Source: Basidiobolus meristosporus CBS 931.73 | Lineage: Eukaryota > Fungi > Basidiobolomycota | Direction of reading: 5' to 3' | DNA length: 33,643 nt | Assembly (NCBI GenBank): GCA_002104905.1 | Contig: MCFE01000816.1 | Span: 1-33,643, forward strand | Shown here: piece after piece, positions 14,191-25,754 of the stretch | Layout: the number at the start of each line of letters is the position of its first letter | How positions within the stretch are numbered: position 1 is the first letter of the stretch | Notes under the pieces: generated by a model | Told to the model about the DNA's origin: nothing | The model's database searches: none | What the model saw: only the letters and a program-made list of their open reading frames with translations | Position numbers and translations under genes: made by a program

Positions 14191-14698
14191 TCATTTCTTG
14201 AAAGGGAAGGCCAACTTCAGAGGATAGATTTCTATCTTGTCCCACACCTTGCCTTGGATGTAAGGATCCGCCGCCACCACCTTCTTCACCTCCTCTGCAT
14301 TTTCCGCTTCGAGGACGATGCAAGACCCTATCATTTTCCCACTCGCTCCCTCCTCGGAAAAGATCGCTCCCCCCGCCAGCAGACGCTCCTCATTGTACAG
14401 CTTTTGAGCACTCTCCAGATGTTTCTCTCGGACTGCCATACGGCGCGAAAGCGCCTCCTGGTCAGTAAAGTCCTTCGAGATAACCAAGAATTGGCCTGCG
14501 GCTAGATGGGATCAATCCGGGTTAGCAGCGATTCACGGAGAAGGCAAACAGCTGGCTTACCGGTAACCGAGGTAGAAAAACTTCTGGCAACTGGCAATTT
14601 GCCTGCATATGGGGAAAAGTTAGCTAAGCCGACAGAAGTCCTTCAGAGAATGGGTTGTTACCTAGGTGTGTAGCGGCTGCTTTCAGAGTGATTGACAT
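14191..14698 (-). CDS. YciI (YCII-related) domain protein, paralog, with probable mitochondrial presequence
   Basis: Three exons splice to MSITLKAAATHLGKLPVARSFSTSVTAAGQFLVISKDF...REKHL...GGAI...AADPYIQGKVW. Both introns have GTAA donors and CTAAC branch points. Confidence 0.87.
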
Positions 14699-15511
14699 AT
14701 TCGCAAACTTCGGTTGAGTGCGGGGTGAAGGCGACTGCTAACTATGCGGTGGACTTTAAGCAATAGAAAACGAGGGTGGACTCCAGGAATTGCGTAGTAT
14801 CGGTGGGAAAATTAGCCCTTTGGCATGAAATCCCATCGGAATTGGTAGTTAAGGCAAATGATAGGAAACATTCCCGTGCACAGAGATCCCAGCCAGTTAG
14901 TTATTGGATGTCTTTGCCCTAGCCGTTGAATAGCCATGCAGATGATTCTCCAGCTTGATCACCCGGTCACGCTGTTCTACTGGATATCCATAGGGCTACC
15001 AGGGGTGCGTATGGTAAGGCAGACACCCAAATCAGGTGGCTCAAAGGCCAGATCCTCATCCAGCAAATATTGATTTGCATGACCTACTTCACTTGGCTAT
15101 ACACTGTGTGATGCAAAGCAAGTAGTTGGCAGAATATCCCGCGTTACGACCAGAGTGTGGGGGTGCTGCGGGCATAGCATGGCATGTTTCCAGATCTGTG
15201 TTTGCTGGTGCGCGTAGCTGTTGGGCTTATGGATTGAAACAGGATGGGCAGTGAACGCCTCACCTTACGCAAGTGGAGACCACGGTCGCCGCCGGCTTTT
15301 TTTATATTGATATTATGGGAAATCTGGGTCTGAGATCCGCAGATTTATCGGATTTCGTCTAAAACCAAGTTGTCAGAGGACTAGGTTCACGGTATTAAAT
15401 TGGGCTGATAGGATTCATCACAAGCCAATTCTCCACCGTGGTTAGGGTTATCCTTTTCACCAAGTCTCTACCATTAAGCGTGCATATCCTGGGCAGCCGA
15501 GCGTACTAGAT

Positions 15512-16111
15512 ATGCGAAAGAAATACAAAACCAAGTTTCCGGTGGTAAGAGGATTCTCGTTGGGCCTTGCGTGCTCCGACAACAATCTGATGCTTCTGTT
15601 TCCTTGAAGGCACGAATCAAAAAGATCATGCAGATGGACGAAGATGTGGGGAAAATGGCACAAGCAACTCCAGTATTGATATGTATGCTGTTACTCTTGA
15701 GCGGGCGGAACTCGGCTTCCACTGCGTGTGTCTAGTCGCTTACTTTGATTTTGCACCTAGCGAAGGCTCTGGAGTTATTTATGCAATCACTCATCGATGC
15801 CGCTTGTAGCGAAACACGTTCCCGAAATGCCAAGAAGCTCTCAGTTGCCCATTTGTAACAAGACTTTTACTTCGGTTTATATGTCACTTCCTTTAACCTG
15901 TGCTATTGAAATCAGAAAAAAATGTGTCTTGAACACAGAGCAATTCGACTTCCTGCGTGACGTCGTTGCTAATGTGCCGGACCCCTCAGACAAGGCTGAA
16001 GGCGAGGTAGAGTCAGCGCCCAATCATCGGGACAGCTCTCCAAAGCCAGAGCCCAGCTCTAGCAGGGGCCGGGGCAGAGGCCGCGGGAGAGGAAGAGGCC
16101 GCCGACGGTAA
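15512..16111 (+). CDS. BUR6: NC2-alpha (DRAP1/Bur6) histone-fold transcription cofactor
   Basis: Introns 15545-15609, 15683-15760 and 15855-15915 give [47 protein letters not shown]...HLKKCVLNTEQFDFLRDVV, followed by an RG-rich C-terminal tail. Confidence 0.92.
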
Positions 16112-19100
16112 CATAGTAACTTAGTGGCCTGTGTACTACACGAAGCTTACTCTGCCATTTCCTTCTGTAGAAACACAAACGAAGAATCTGACTGAATCCC
16201 TGCCTACGTGCAATTCGCCTCAAACTAGCCATTTGGTTGATACGTAAGATGTTGAATTGATGTTTAGAATTATGTAGGTAGATTGCATCCCTCGCACTTA
16301 AGTTTCTTTTTTGTTCTCCCCTCTCGTCTAAACATATGAGGTTTGTACATTCCTGAGTATGTTTTTGCTGCCCGTAGTGTTGGGATGTGGTCAATGCTCC
16401 AGCTCAACTAGCTGCCGTGTACCATCTTCTCGAATTTATTTTGACATTTTCAGTATTGCCCTGCCAATCTAGTCTTGACAATACGACCATGTTAATTCGC
16501 AATATCAATTATCCTGTTAGCTTCGTTTGAAGTATTCAATTTCTATGAAATACAAATCACATCGAAGGTGTCCCTTAGGGCTGGTAAATCATTCCATCTT
16601 TTCTGGACCATTGATGATGGCAAGTGGCGAAGTGGGCGTCGAATCTTGATGACGTCGGGAAGAATGAAGCGAATGGTAACAGCGTATTGGAAGTAATACA
16701 ACTATATGGGCAATGTGCATATGTTGAGAAATACGATATTGAAGGGTAATACATAGTTCCCCCAAAATCAAGAAGCTTTTGTGGGATAAATCACTCACAA
16801 CCATCTTTGTGTCTGTTGCATATGATTAGCACCCAATTCATCATATATTTGATTTCTCCCACTGTGAGATTGATGCCTAAATTCATTTCTCATAATTTAC
16901 ACTATTTTTTGAAGTTGTGGGAATGCTGGAAGTTGCCAAAAAGTTCAAGTACACCCAGAAGGTCCCAGCGTTTCAGACAGCTTCCTGTGATATTTCACCA
17001 AATATTCTTAGCGACACTTTTGCATTGAAAATTTCCACAGGGAATACATATATCAATCCAAAAAAACCACAGTTTTCTCTGGATACTCCGCCTTATGGAA
17101 AGGAAATCAAGGACCAACGGAATGCCAGCATAATGTTGTAAATCTTGTAATTACACCAAAATATTTCATTGACTTGGTCACCTAGATCATAGTCTACTAA
17201 TCTTAGAGTATTTTGCCCAAACTCCTTGTTGGGATTTGCCTCGAATATTTTACCAAAATGTCAGGTACCCAGGATATGAAAAATTGTCAAGTTGCCCAAA
17301 GACCCCCAAACTTTGCACCCATGTTCTTAGGGCCTTCCTACGCACTTTTCATGTGCTTGTTTTGCCTAAGCCATGCAAAAGTATAAATAGCACTTTTACA
17401 TTCAATAAATCTTCAGGTGAAAAGCACCATCAACTTCGGCAATCATATCTAATATCTCCAAGACTTTTAGAACACAACCACTAGAAAGAAATTCCATTTT
17501 CCTTAAAGTTGCCACGCTTAATAGCTGAAGTTCTACCCTGCTTAAGGATCAGTAGATATATCCCATAGAAAGTGTTGCACCTGAGTAATTGCTGCCTAAT
17601 ATGGTAGCAGACAGCTCACTGACTCCAGAAATGTTCACACTTCAAATATTGACTGAAAATTACCAGAAGAACACCAGCAGTGGATCATAGGAGTACCAGC
17701 AAATGCCAGTAGGGTGCCATATGAAATCCGAGCTTGGTACTTCTCACAGGATCTATATCACTTATGAGCACCATTACTTTCAATCAGCAGTTTCGAGTTG
17801 AGTTTTTCCTGGATTTTTGTCAGCATTCACACCGTTTCAATTTGGACTAGTAGTAGTATTTCAACCAGAGTTGAACCATACACATTGTATTACTCATAAT
17901 GCCTCAGAGATCTGGGAGCTAAGCTTCATACTTTGACAGGGAATAGCATATACTATGGTCTGTATATTGCCTGTAGTGCTGTGCTTAGATATGAACACTA
18001 GTCCTCATTGGAAGTTGCTTTCTTCTCTGGACTCTAAAGAATACTAGTCTTGTGAGTGTTGAACTAGATCTATTGGTGATGATTTTAACAGCTATTGAGA
18101 TATATGATGTTATTACTGAAAGCCATTGGTCTTCAATATTGAATCACCATCCTGACTACTATAGAAAGTATGGACAGCAAGCTAATTAGAGTTGGCCTTG
18201 GAAGTACAAAGTAAATGAAATCATCGTCTATAAAAGCAGTGGGATAGTGTGCTCAAATATAGGTTCTTTATGAACTTCGATAGATTTTGTTTCGAGATTC
18301 CAATAAATCCGAAGAATTGACAAGTTGATTTACTTGGTACAGAAGTGGGACTGTAAATCTCAAGACAGCAAATAAGAGTAATATGGAGAGGCAACTTTCT
18401 ACGATCTCCAACAGTAGTTATTTCTGGGTTGATTATGCAGGATTGATGACAATATCTGATAGTGTGGACCAATCCAACAAAAACACTAGACCTGAAATTA
18501 TACCACATAAATAACTAGACGCCATGCTACCTTTTTGCAACTTCTTGTGCATAAATTGACTCTGAACTTGGCAGATTAGAAACCTACCGCAAAGCAATAT
18601 TAGATCAGCCTTTGCAATCGCTTTTGATGTAGAGCCAGGAGATCGCGCGAGTTTATCAAGTATGCGCATAAACATTATGAAACTTCGGTACACAGCTCTG
18701 TCATGAAATTTTTTGGATAGTATCCTGCTATTTCTAGATCCCCGACTTCGACCACATTTACCAGGCCTCAACTCTATAACAAGCGAAGAAGTTTATTGGA
18801 AATTCACTGTTACGCCGCGTTTACTCAATGAACCTACGTAGGAAACACACTCACCGTTCATACTTGAATCAAATCCAGGCTCTCCTGTCCATCTGCTTCA
18901 GAGGCAAGTTATCAAGGGAGATGCAAATGGATAGAGAGAAACCAACAAGCGCAACAGGAGCCGCTTCCAGAAATCCACTGCCTGTTCCTGGTATCACATG
19001 AGCTATTTACGAATAATCGAGTTCACAATATAAATGGATCGGGGAAGGAAAGTCATACCAGTGGAAATGTGATTCCAGCCATTTGATGCGCCTATTTATT

Positions 19101-19776
19101 GATCCAAGTGGAGCCCGGAAAATGCTGAGGTTTCCTTAGCTGACTTGAAGGCGACGCCCATAACCTAGTCACTATAAAATCCGACCCTCCCAGCAAATCC
19201 AAAGAGACCACGCCTGATCGTGAGCGATTACGGCTATGGACTCCCGTTTGTTTCCGACAAACCTTCCACTTCCTTTTGTATGCACCCATCTGAAGAACAG
19301 AGCAACCTGGGTTTGTTGATGCCGCGTGCTCTGCGGCAGAAGCACCAGGCCCGCGAAGCATCAAAGGCCGAGGTTGAATAGCATATAGGGAATTGCTCTT
19401 CGTCACTAGCCGCACCTGCATCCACGAATGCCATCCGGCGGTACCTTGCACAATGGCCAAAGCTTTGTAAAATGCTTGTCTGATCTCAATCCCGAGTATT
19501 CTGAGATTGGCGGGGCACCGTGCTAAACGGCCATTCTAACCGCATCAAAATCGGGGAAATTCCGGAATCTCATGGGTGAAACCCGAGCAGCAGAATGGCC
19601 CAAAAATCGATGGCCGTTGGATGACTCTATCATGTTTGTTGATTCAATAGGTCTGAACCAGTAATGAATATTCTGCAGATGTGGGGCTTCTAAGGTACTG
19701 GGAATCCGGTGACGTGGCCGGCCATGGAAGATATAAAACCGCCCAAAGGGCTGCAGCTGCATATCAATCTATAACC

Positions 19777-22700
19777 ATGTCATCAAGTGAATGCCCATTC
19801 AAACCAGTCTCCGACGACCAGACATCGGCAGCCGCCAAAGCACATCAAGGGGGCAAGAAATCTAGAGTCGTTGTCGTAGCATTCTCTGGGCAAGATGTCG
19901 AGAAGAATGGGATCATCATCAGGCCACAAGATGGATGGGATATGGAAGACGTGAAGCAATATTGTGGCACGAAAATGAACATTCCCGCGTATCAAATGAT
20001 CGAGTTTTCCGACGAGGAGGGCCAAAAAATCGGCTCCTTCAATGAGCTGATCGAGAATGGTGTGGCATACATCCAAGGAAATGAGTCGTGCCATCTTGAA
20101 ATCCCTGCCCCACCCACTAGTATATTCTTTGGCACACTCCCTCAGCTTTTGCCAGACATCCCAGGATCTTTGAGACGCTTCTTCGCCGAGTACGATAGCC
20201 CGTTGCTGGAGATTTATATGTTTTCGACTAGACTGTTAGTCACGAATCATCCAAGCATTGCTGAGGTGTTTACTCAGGAGAGTGAGTACTTCACCAAGAA
20301 GATCACACAGCCGTTTGCTGAAGTGAAGGCGATCGGCGGCGAAGGCCTTTTCACTACTAGCTCCGACGAGAAAGTATGGAAGCTTGCTCACAAGCTACTC
20401 ATCCCCGCGTTCTCTTCCACGGCCATGAAGGCTTACATCGAGGAGATGGGCATCTTGGCTTTGAAACTCTCCAAGGTTTTTGACCAGTTCAAGGCGGATG
20501 AGCCTTTCCTCGTGACTGATTGGATGACTCGAATCACCTTTGAGACTATAGGGATGGTTGGGTTTGGTTACGATTTTGGGTTGATTAATTCGAAAGACTC
20601 GCCCCTGCATCCTTTCATCGATGCCATGTCGTTTTGCATGACGCAGTTGCGCACAAGGTCCAGCCGCTCGCAATATTGGAAGAAATTGCCTATTTGGTCC
20701 AATTACAAGTTTGACGAAAATATGGACCTGATGAAAAATATCGTTGATGAGGTGATAACACAGCGCAAAAAGGACCCCTCAGCCAGCGGTAACACCTCCG
20801 ATCTTCTTGGATTTATGCTGGAGGCCCGTGACAAAACCACTGGGGAAAAGTTATCAGATAGCGTCATCCGAGACCAGGTAGTAACCTTCCTGATTGCTGG
20901 CCATGAAACCACCTCAAACACGTTGTCCTGGTGTCTATATTTGCTTGCGAGACACCCAGCAGTTCTAAACAAGGTGCTCCAGGAGGTGGTAAATGCAGGA
21001 ATCACTGGCAACGAACCGCCCACTGGTGCGCAAGTCTCTCAGCTCAAGTATATTGGCCAGGTGTTGAAAGAAACGCTAAGAATGTATCCTCCGGTCTCGG
21101 CAATCCTCAAGTATTGTACAAAGGACTGTGTTCTACCATTTGGGTACAAAATTGAGAAGGATACTGCTGCTCAAATAAGCATTTACTCACTGCACCACAA
21201 CCCCAAAGTATGGCCTGAGCCTGAAGTCTTCAATCCTGATAGATTTAGCCCAGCCGAAGAGGCAAAGCGATCGCAGTACGCATGGCTGCCATTCTCCACA
21301 GGTCCACGCGCCTGCATTGGGATGCAATTCGCCTTGCAAGAAGCTAAAATCATCTTGGCGATAATACTGAGTAAATTTGAGTTCCATTTAATGGATGACG
21401 AGCCAGTCCACTACAGTAGCTCTGCGCCTACAATGAAGCCAGAGAATTTGTACATGAAGGTCACTCATAGGACGGAGCTGCCTAAAGCAACCTCGCAGCC
21501 ACCCTCAGATTCGTCTACCCCAAGGACTGAGCTGACTGCCCCGTTGAATGCGGAGAAACTCCCCCTATCGGATAATCTCCCTAAGCTCACGATTCTGTTT
21601 GGCTCGAATATGGGCCTCTCTGAAGAATACGCAAATAAGGTTGCTAAGAGTGCCGTTGATCTTGGATTTAAAGATGCACAAGCACTTCCCTTGGACGAGT
21701 GGGACGTCTTGAAGACCGGTAAATACGAGGAGCAGGAAATCAAAGACGAGAAAGAAAGGCCGATAGTTTTCGTTATAACAAGCACGTACAATGGGCTCCC
21801 ACCGGATAACGCACAGGACTTCGATAAATTCATTAGTGCTAAAAGGGAGAAGGCAGACGAGCCATTGAAGGGACTTCGCTATACGGTATTCGGCTGTGGA
21901 AACAAACAATGGCGAACATATCAAGCATTCCCTGCCAAAGTTGATGAAGCTTTGGGACGATTGGGTGCAGACCAGATATTCCCTGCTGGAGCCGGAAATG
22001 CAGATGGCGATATTGATGCAGATTTCCTGGAGTGGATCGCAAAAATGTATACCTCCTTGCTGGGAGACTTAGGAATGGAAGGCTCTAAGCTAAGCAGTCT
22101 AGGGAGCACAACCTCGCAAGATCCTACTGTGGGTGTGTCTTTACGATACATCTCTCCTGAGCACCAATCGGAGGTTAAGAACGCTCAAAACAATATCAAT
22201 GACTCACCTCAAGCCCGTATAATCACAAACAGGGAGCTTCAACACTTTGAGAAAAGCCACCGCAGCACTCGTCATATTGAAGTCGAACTCCCCGAAGGTA
22301 CAGAGTTCCAAGCCGGGGATCATTTGGAGATTTCTCCTGAAAACGATGCCGACCTAGTTGAGAAAATCGCCCTTTCGTTTGGTTATGCACTAGAGGCAGC
22401 CTTTGAAGTAAATATCGAGAACGCCAAATCACTCAGCTCTCGCTCATTAGCGGCAGTCATCAAAGGACCATGCACCATCAGAAACGCCCTCACCTATTAT
22501 GCCGACTTGTTGGCTGCACCTTCGCGTCAGTTCCTTGGCGTATGTGTCTCGGCCATTTCCGAAGAATACCCCGAGTTAGAGAAGGATTATTTGGAGAAAA
22601 TATGCCAAACCGGAGAGGAGGGAAATCGGGTTTACGGATGTTTCATAAAGAAAAATCGAACCTTGCTGGACTTGATTCAGAACTATCCGATGATTAAGAA

Positions 22701-23421
22701 GCTTGATTTCCTGGCATTTCTGTGCGCGATGCCGGTAATGTCCAAGAGAAGATATTCCATTGCCAGCAGTCCCTACGTCACCAAGAATATAGCCCATGTA
22801 TGTGTGGGAGTAGTTGAAGATGTGGGAGAGGAAAACAAGGTTTACAACGGTCTTTGTTCTAGTTTCCTAGCTAGGTCAGAGCCTGGCAGTAACATCCGTG
22901 CCAGTGTTATTCCGGCCAAGGCAGTATTCCATTTGCCAGAAGACCCGGCCATTCCTGTGATCATGGTTTGCGCAGGTACTGGGATAGCCCCCTTCCGTGG
23001 ATTCCTTGAAGAGCGACAACACAATGGGTTTAAGTCCATCAAAAAAGGGGGTAAATCCAACACCCACTTGTTCTTTGGCTGCCGCTCCCCTGAGCATGAC
23101 TATATCTATCAAGACGAGCTCGAGGGATTTGTTAATGACGGGACACTTGATGGATTGCATCTCACTTTCTCTCGAATTGGCAATGCCAGGAAGTATGTGC
23201 AACATGAGCTGCTTAGTGCCGCCTCACTGATATGGGATCTCTTGCACAACCAGAAAGGTGCGTTCTACATTTGCGGATCAGCTTCCGGAATGGCCAAGGA
23301 TGTCTCTGTTACCCTTCTGTCGATTATCAAGCAGATTGGTGGGATGAATGATCAAGAAGCGAACGAGTATTTCCAGAAATTGCAGGCGGATGGTAAATAC
23401 AATGAGGACGTTTGGGGCTAG
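19777..23421 (+). CDS. Self-sufficient cytochrome P450 / NADPH-P450 reductase fusion (CYP102/CYP505-like), intronless, with a ~105-aa N-terminal extension
   Basis: I-helix FLIAGHETTS, ETLR, heme motif FSTGPRACIG (Cys at 21313), FMN motifs FGSNMG / TYNGLPPDNA / VFGCGN, FAD motif RRYSIASSP, NADPH motif AGTGIAPFRGF, C-terminal DVWG. First ATG at 19777. Confidence 0.96.
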   Translation: MSSSECPFKPVSDDQTSAAAKAHQGGKKSRVVVVAFSGQDVEKNGIIIRPQDGWDMEDVKQYCGTKMNIPAYQMIEFSDEEGQKIGSFNELIENGVAYIQGNESCHLEIPAPPTSIFFGTLPQLLPDIPGSLRRFFAEYDSPLLEIYMFSTRLLVTNHPSIAEVFTQESEYFTKKITQPFAEVKAIGGEGLFTTSSDEKVWKLAHKLLIPAFSSTAMKAYIEEMGILALKLSKVFDQFKADEPFLVTDWMTRITFETIGMVGFGYDFGLINSKDSPLHPFIDAMSFCMTQLRTRSSRSQYWKKLPIWSNYKFDENMDLMKNIVDEVITQRKKDPSASGNTSDLLGFMLEARDKTTGEKLSDSVIRDQVVTFLIAGHETTSNTLSWCLYLLARHPAVLNKVLQEVVNAGITGNEPPTGAQVSQLKYIGQVLKETLRMYPPVSAILKYCTKDCVLPFGYKIEKDTAAQISIYSLHHNPKVWPEPEVFNPDRFSPAEEAKRSQYAWLPFSTGPRACIGMQFALQEAKIILAIILSKFEFHLMDDEPVHYSSSAPTMKPENLYMKVTHRTELPKATSQPPSDSSTPRTELTAPLNAEKLPLSDNLPKLTILFGSNMGLSEEYANKVAKSAVDLGFKDAQALPLDEWDVLKTGKYEEQEIKDEKERPIVFVITSTYNGLPPDNAQDFDKFISAKREKADEPLKGLRYTVFGCGNKQWRTYQAFPAKVDEALGRLGADQIFPAGAGNADGDIDADFLEWIAKMYTSLLGDLGMEGSKLSSLGSTTSQDPTVGVSLRYISPEHQSEVKNAQNNINDSPQARIITNRELQHFEKSHRSTRHIEVELPEGTEFQAGDHLEISPENDADLVEKIALSFGYALEAAFEVNIENAKSLSSRSLAAVIKGPCTIRNALTYYADLLAAPSRQFLGVCVSAISEEYPELEKDYLEKICQTGEEGNRVYGCFIKKNRTLLDLIQNYPMIKKLDFLAFLCAMPVMSKRRYSIASSPYVTKNIAHVCVGVVEDVGEENKVYNGLCSSFLARSEPGSNIRASVIPAKAVFHLPEDPAIPVIMVCAGTGIAPFRGFLEERQHNGFKSIKKGGKSNTHLFFGCRSPEHDYIYQDELEGFVNDGTLDGLHLTFSRIGNARKYVQHELLSAASLIWDLLHNQKGAFYICGSASGMAKDVSVTLLSIIKQIGGMNDQEANEYFQKLQADGKYNEDVWG

Positions 23422-23450
23422 AATCGGAATCGGAATCAGAATCGGAATCA
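23421..23450 (+). repeat. (GAATCR)5 hexamer microsatellite immediately after the P450 stop codon
   Basis: gaatcg gaatcg gaatca gaatcg gaatca. Confidence 0.8.
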
Positions 23451-24737
23451 GAATGCAATCCGCCATGCTTCGGACAACCTATTTCTAAATCACATCATTT
23501 CTTGTCAGCAACATGCGTATAGCCGAGTAACGTGTCGTAGTAAATGCTATAAACGCTCCGATCTTCCTCAACCAACCCTTTCATGCCATCGCAATAAAAG
23601 TAAGATGATTGGGCTTTTGATCTCAGGAGGACTGCTATAGTGAACCATTTAGAGAGTCAGGGATTACATGGTTACGAGTTTAATTACTGACTAGTGGAGC
23701 TTCCTAAAAAGGGTGTTTGAGATAAGATCTTATTTAATACTGGTGTATCCAGAGAGAGATATATATCAGTGTTTCGATTCGAGGGAGGATCACTGGAATA
23801 TATATGTACATGCTGCCTAGTCATCGCCCCAACAGCCAATGCTTTCTATTAATACCACCATGCCAGGATCAATGTCGACGACAATTAGCCTGGAGTTTGT
23901 GCCCCCAAATAAGGGAAGCCTGTTACTTGCCATTGTCACAGCATCCAAATAATCGTGTCTACGAATTGCCGGATACCATGTATCTTCTCTTTGAGCCACA
24001 CCACAGCCCGACACGCTGTTGTTATGTAGGAAGGGGCCATTAGCAGTCTGGGACTCAGCTTCGATGTCAGGATGATTCAGGTTAACCGTAGTGTCGATGT
24101 CTATCTGATCCTGTTTCGATGTAAATCTACCTCGGATTGTCGCCATTTAATGTGGACCAATTCCATGCGAATCCAGTACATGTTGAGCTCCCCATTGCTA
24201 TTTGGCCAAGAAGCACATGGTTCCATTATCACCACATCTCCGGTAGGTAGGGTTGGATATCATGGCTGATCGGCAAGAGTGGTGACGGAGAAGACTGAGG
24301 AAGTAATGGCGAATATTTATCGGGGTTCACGTATATGGAAGTCCATCTCTATATCAGGCAGTGACAAGGGGCTCAATCTAGCTACGCTTTCATCAATAGT
24401 TGAATGCGAACCACGGACGCACTCTCAATCGGCCGATTTTATTTGACAGGAGCGCAGATTGTTTTTGCGAGTACAGGTTGAGTAAGGCAATTAGGAATCG
24501 CTCACCCTCACCATTAACATAAATCTCCAATCTCAGCTGGTAATGCGGCAGCAGCACACACTTGTGGAATAGATCATGATTTGCTATCACGATGGCGCGC
24601 GGATAAATGGTAACAGTTATGAAAACTGAGTTGACCATTTTGGAAGGAACTTATCGGACTTGAACATATAAAAGTCCGCACAGGGCCATTGGGTGTGCAC
24701 TCATCTGCCAAAGACTCCCGAGCTCCATCCATTCATA

Positions 24738-25754
24738 ATGAGACCAAAGCTTGAAATCCAATTGGACCAGGATACTTTCTACAAGAGGGAGTTCGAAGAC
24801 GACATCCCTTCCATCCTCCAAGGAAAGCTCGTCTTCCGCCCATCTTCTTCGATCAAAGTTGTGTACATAACCTTAAGCTTTCGTGGTAAGCTGACTATGA
24901 GCAGAGGTTTCCAAACCACTCGTAGGTCCCTTTTCGAGCACACATGGGTATTTCATCCCAATGCCGGAGCTGCTGTATTCAATGCTCAGCAATATATGTA
25001 CGATTTCGCCCTCCCTTTACCTAGCGACCTTCCGGAATCATGCATTGCGGACTATGCCAGAGTGGAGTACGACCTAAAAGCCACGGTGGAAACCCCCCTA
25101 TTTCACCCCAACATCAGAGCTGACAAGGCGGTATTCATCCACAGAAACAGCAGCCATTTGCTTTCTATGGTGTACAATACCCACATCCAGAATTCCTGGA
25201 AAGAAATGCTTGACTACGAGGTATTCATCCCCAGTCATGAGTATAATCCGGGAGATAGTCTCCCTATCGCTTTGAGGCATGTGGTACTAGATCCAAAATG
25301 CAGGCTTACGAGTGTCTGGGCTGGCCTGAATGAGAAAACCACCTACAACAAGGCTGATGGGAGCCCCGGCGATGATGCTGGTTGCGTGAAAAAGTGGTTG
25401 CATACTACGTCTGCCGAGATTCGTCAGGGAAGTAAACAGAGCCACCTTCCACTAATCGTTCCAAAATCCAGCAAAGGCGTCCACTTCGATTCAAGTACAC
25501 CTTATGTGGAGGTGTCCCATAATATTTATACTAGAATCGAAGTGGAGGTAGATGGGAGAATCGAACAGATCCGATCGATACTTCCGATCTGTGTAGTCCG
25601 CCATACGATGGGCTCGGAAGCATGTGGCGACACCCAAGTATTTGAGCCATTACCTACATATGAAGTTGTACAGTTCGACTCCCCACCGACATATACCACG
25701 AGTAAATGTGTTACGGCCCCACAAGCCGAAGCGCCACTTATATATATTCAATAG
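24738..25754 (+). CDS. Alpha-arrestin (arrestin N/C domain) ubiquitin-ligase adaptor
   Basis: YDFALPLPSDLPES and ARVEYDLKATVE are arrestin-N features. The C-terminal PY motifs LPTY and PPTY are typical Rsp5/Nedd4 WW-domain binders. ATG at 24738. Confidence 0.85.
   Translation: MRPKLEIQLDQDTFYKREFEDDIPSILQGKLVFRPSSSIKVVYITLSFRGKLTMSRGFQTTRRSLFEHTWVFHPNAGAAVFNAQQYMYDFALPLPSDLPESCIADYARVEYDLKATVETPLFHPNIRADKAVFIHRNSSHLLSMVYNTHIQNSWKEMLDYEVFIPSHEYNPGDSLPIALRHVVLDPKCRLTSVWAGLNEKTTYNKADGSPGDDAGCVKKWLHTTSAEIRQGSKQSHLPLIVPKSSKGVHFDSSTPYVEVSHNIYTRIEVEVDGRIEQIRSILPICVVRHTMGSEACGDTQVFEPLPTYEVVQFDSPPTYTTSKCVTAPQAEAPLIYIQ

Noticed and set aside
19368-19373. CCGAGG (FarA-type fatty-acid response site) ~400 bp upstream of the P450
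   Set aside because: A 6-mer is expected by chance, and the regulator is characterised only in ascomycetes.
19681-19776. Longer 1246-aa start of the P450 ORF given in the track
   Set aside because: It relies on a non-ATG start. The stretch includes a TATAAAA-like box (~19732) and looks like promoter or 5' UTR, so ATG 19777 is preferred.
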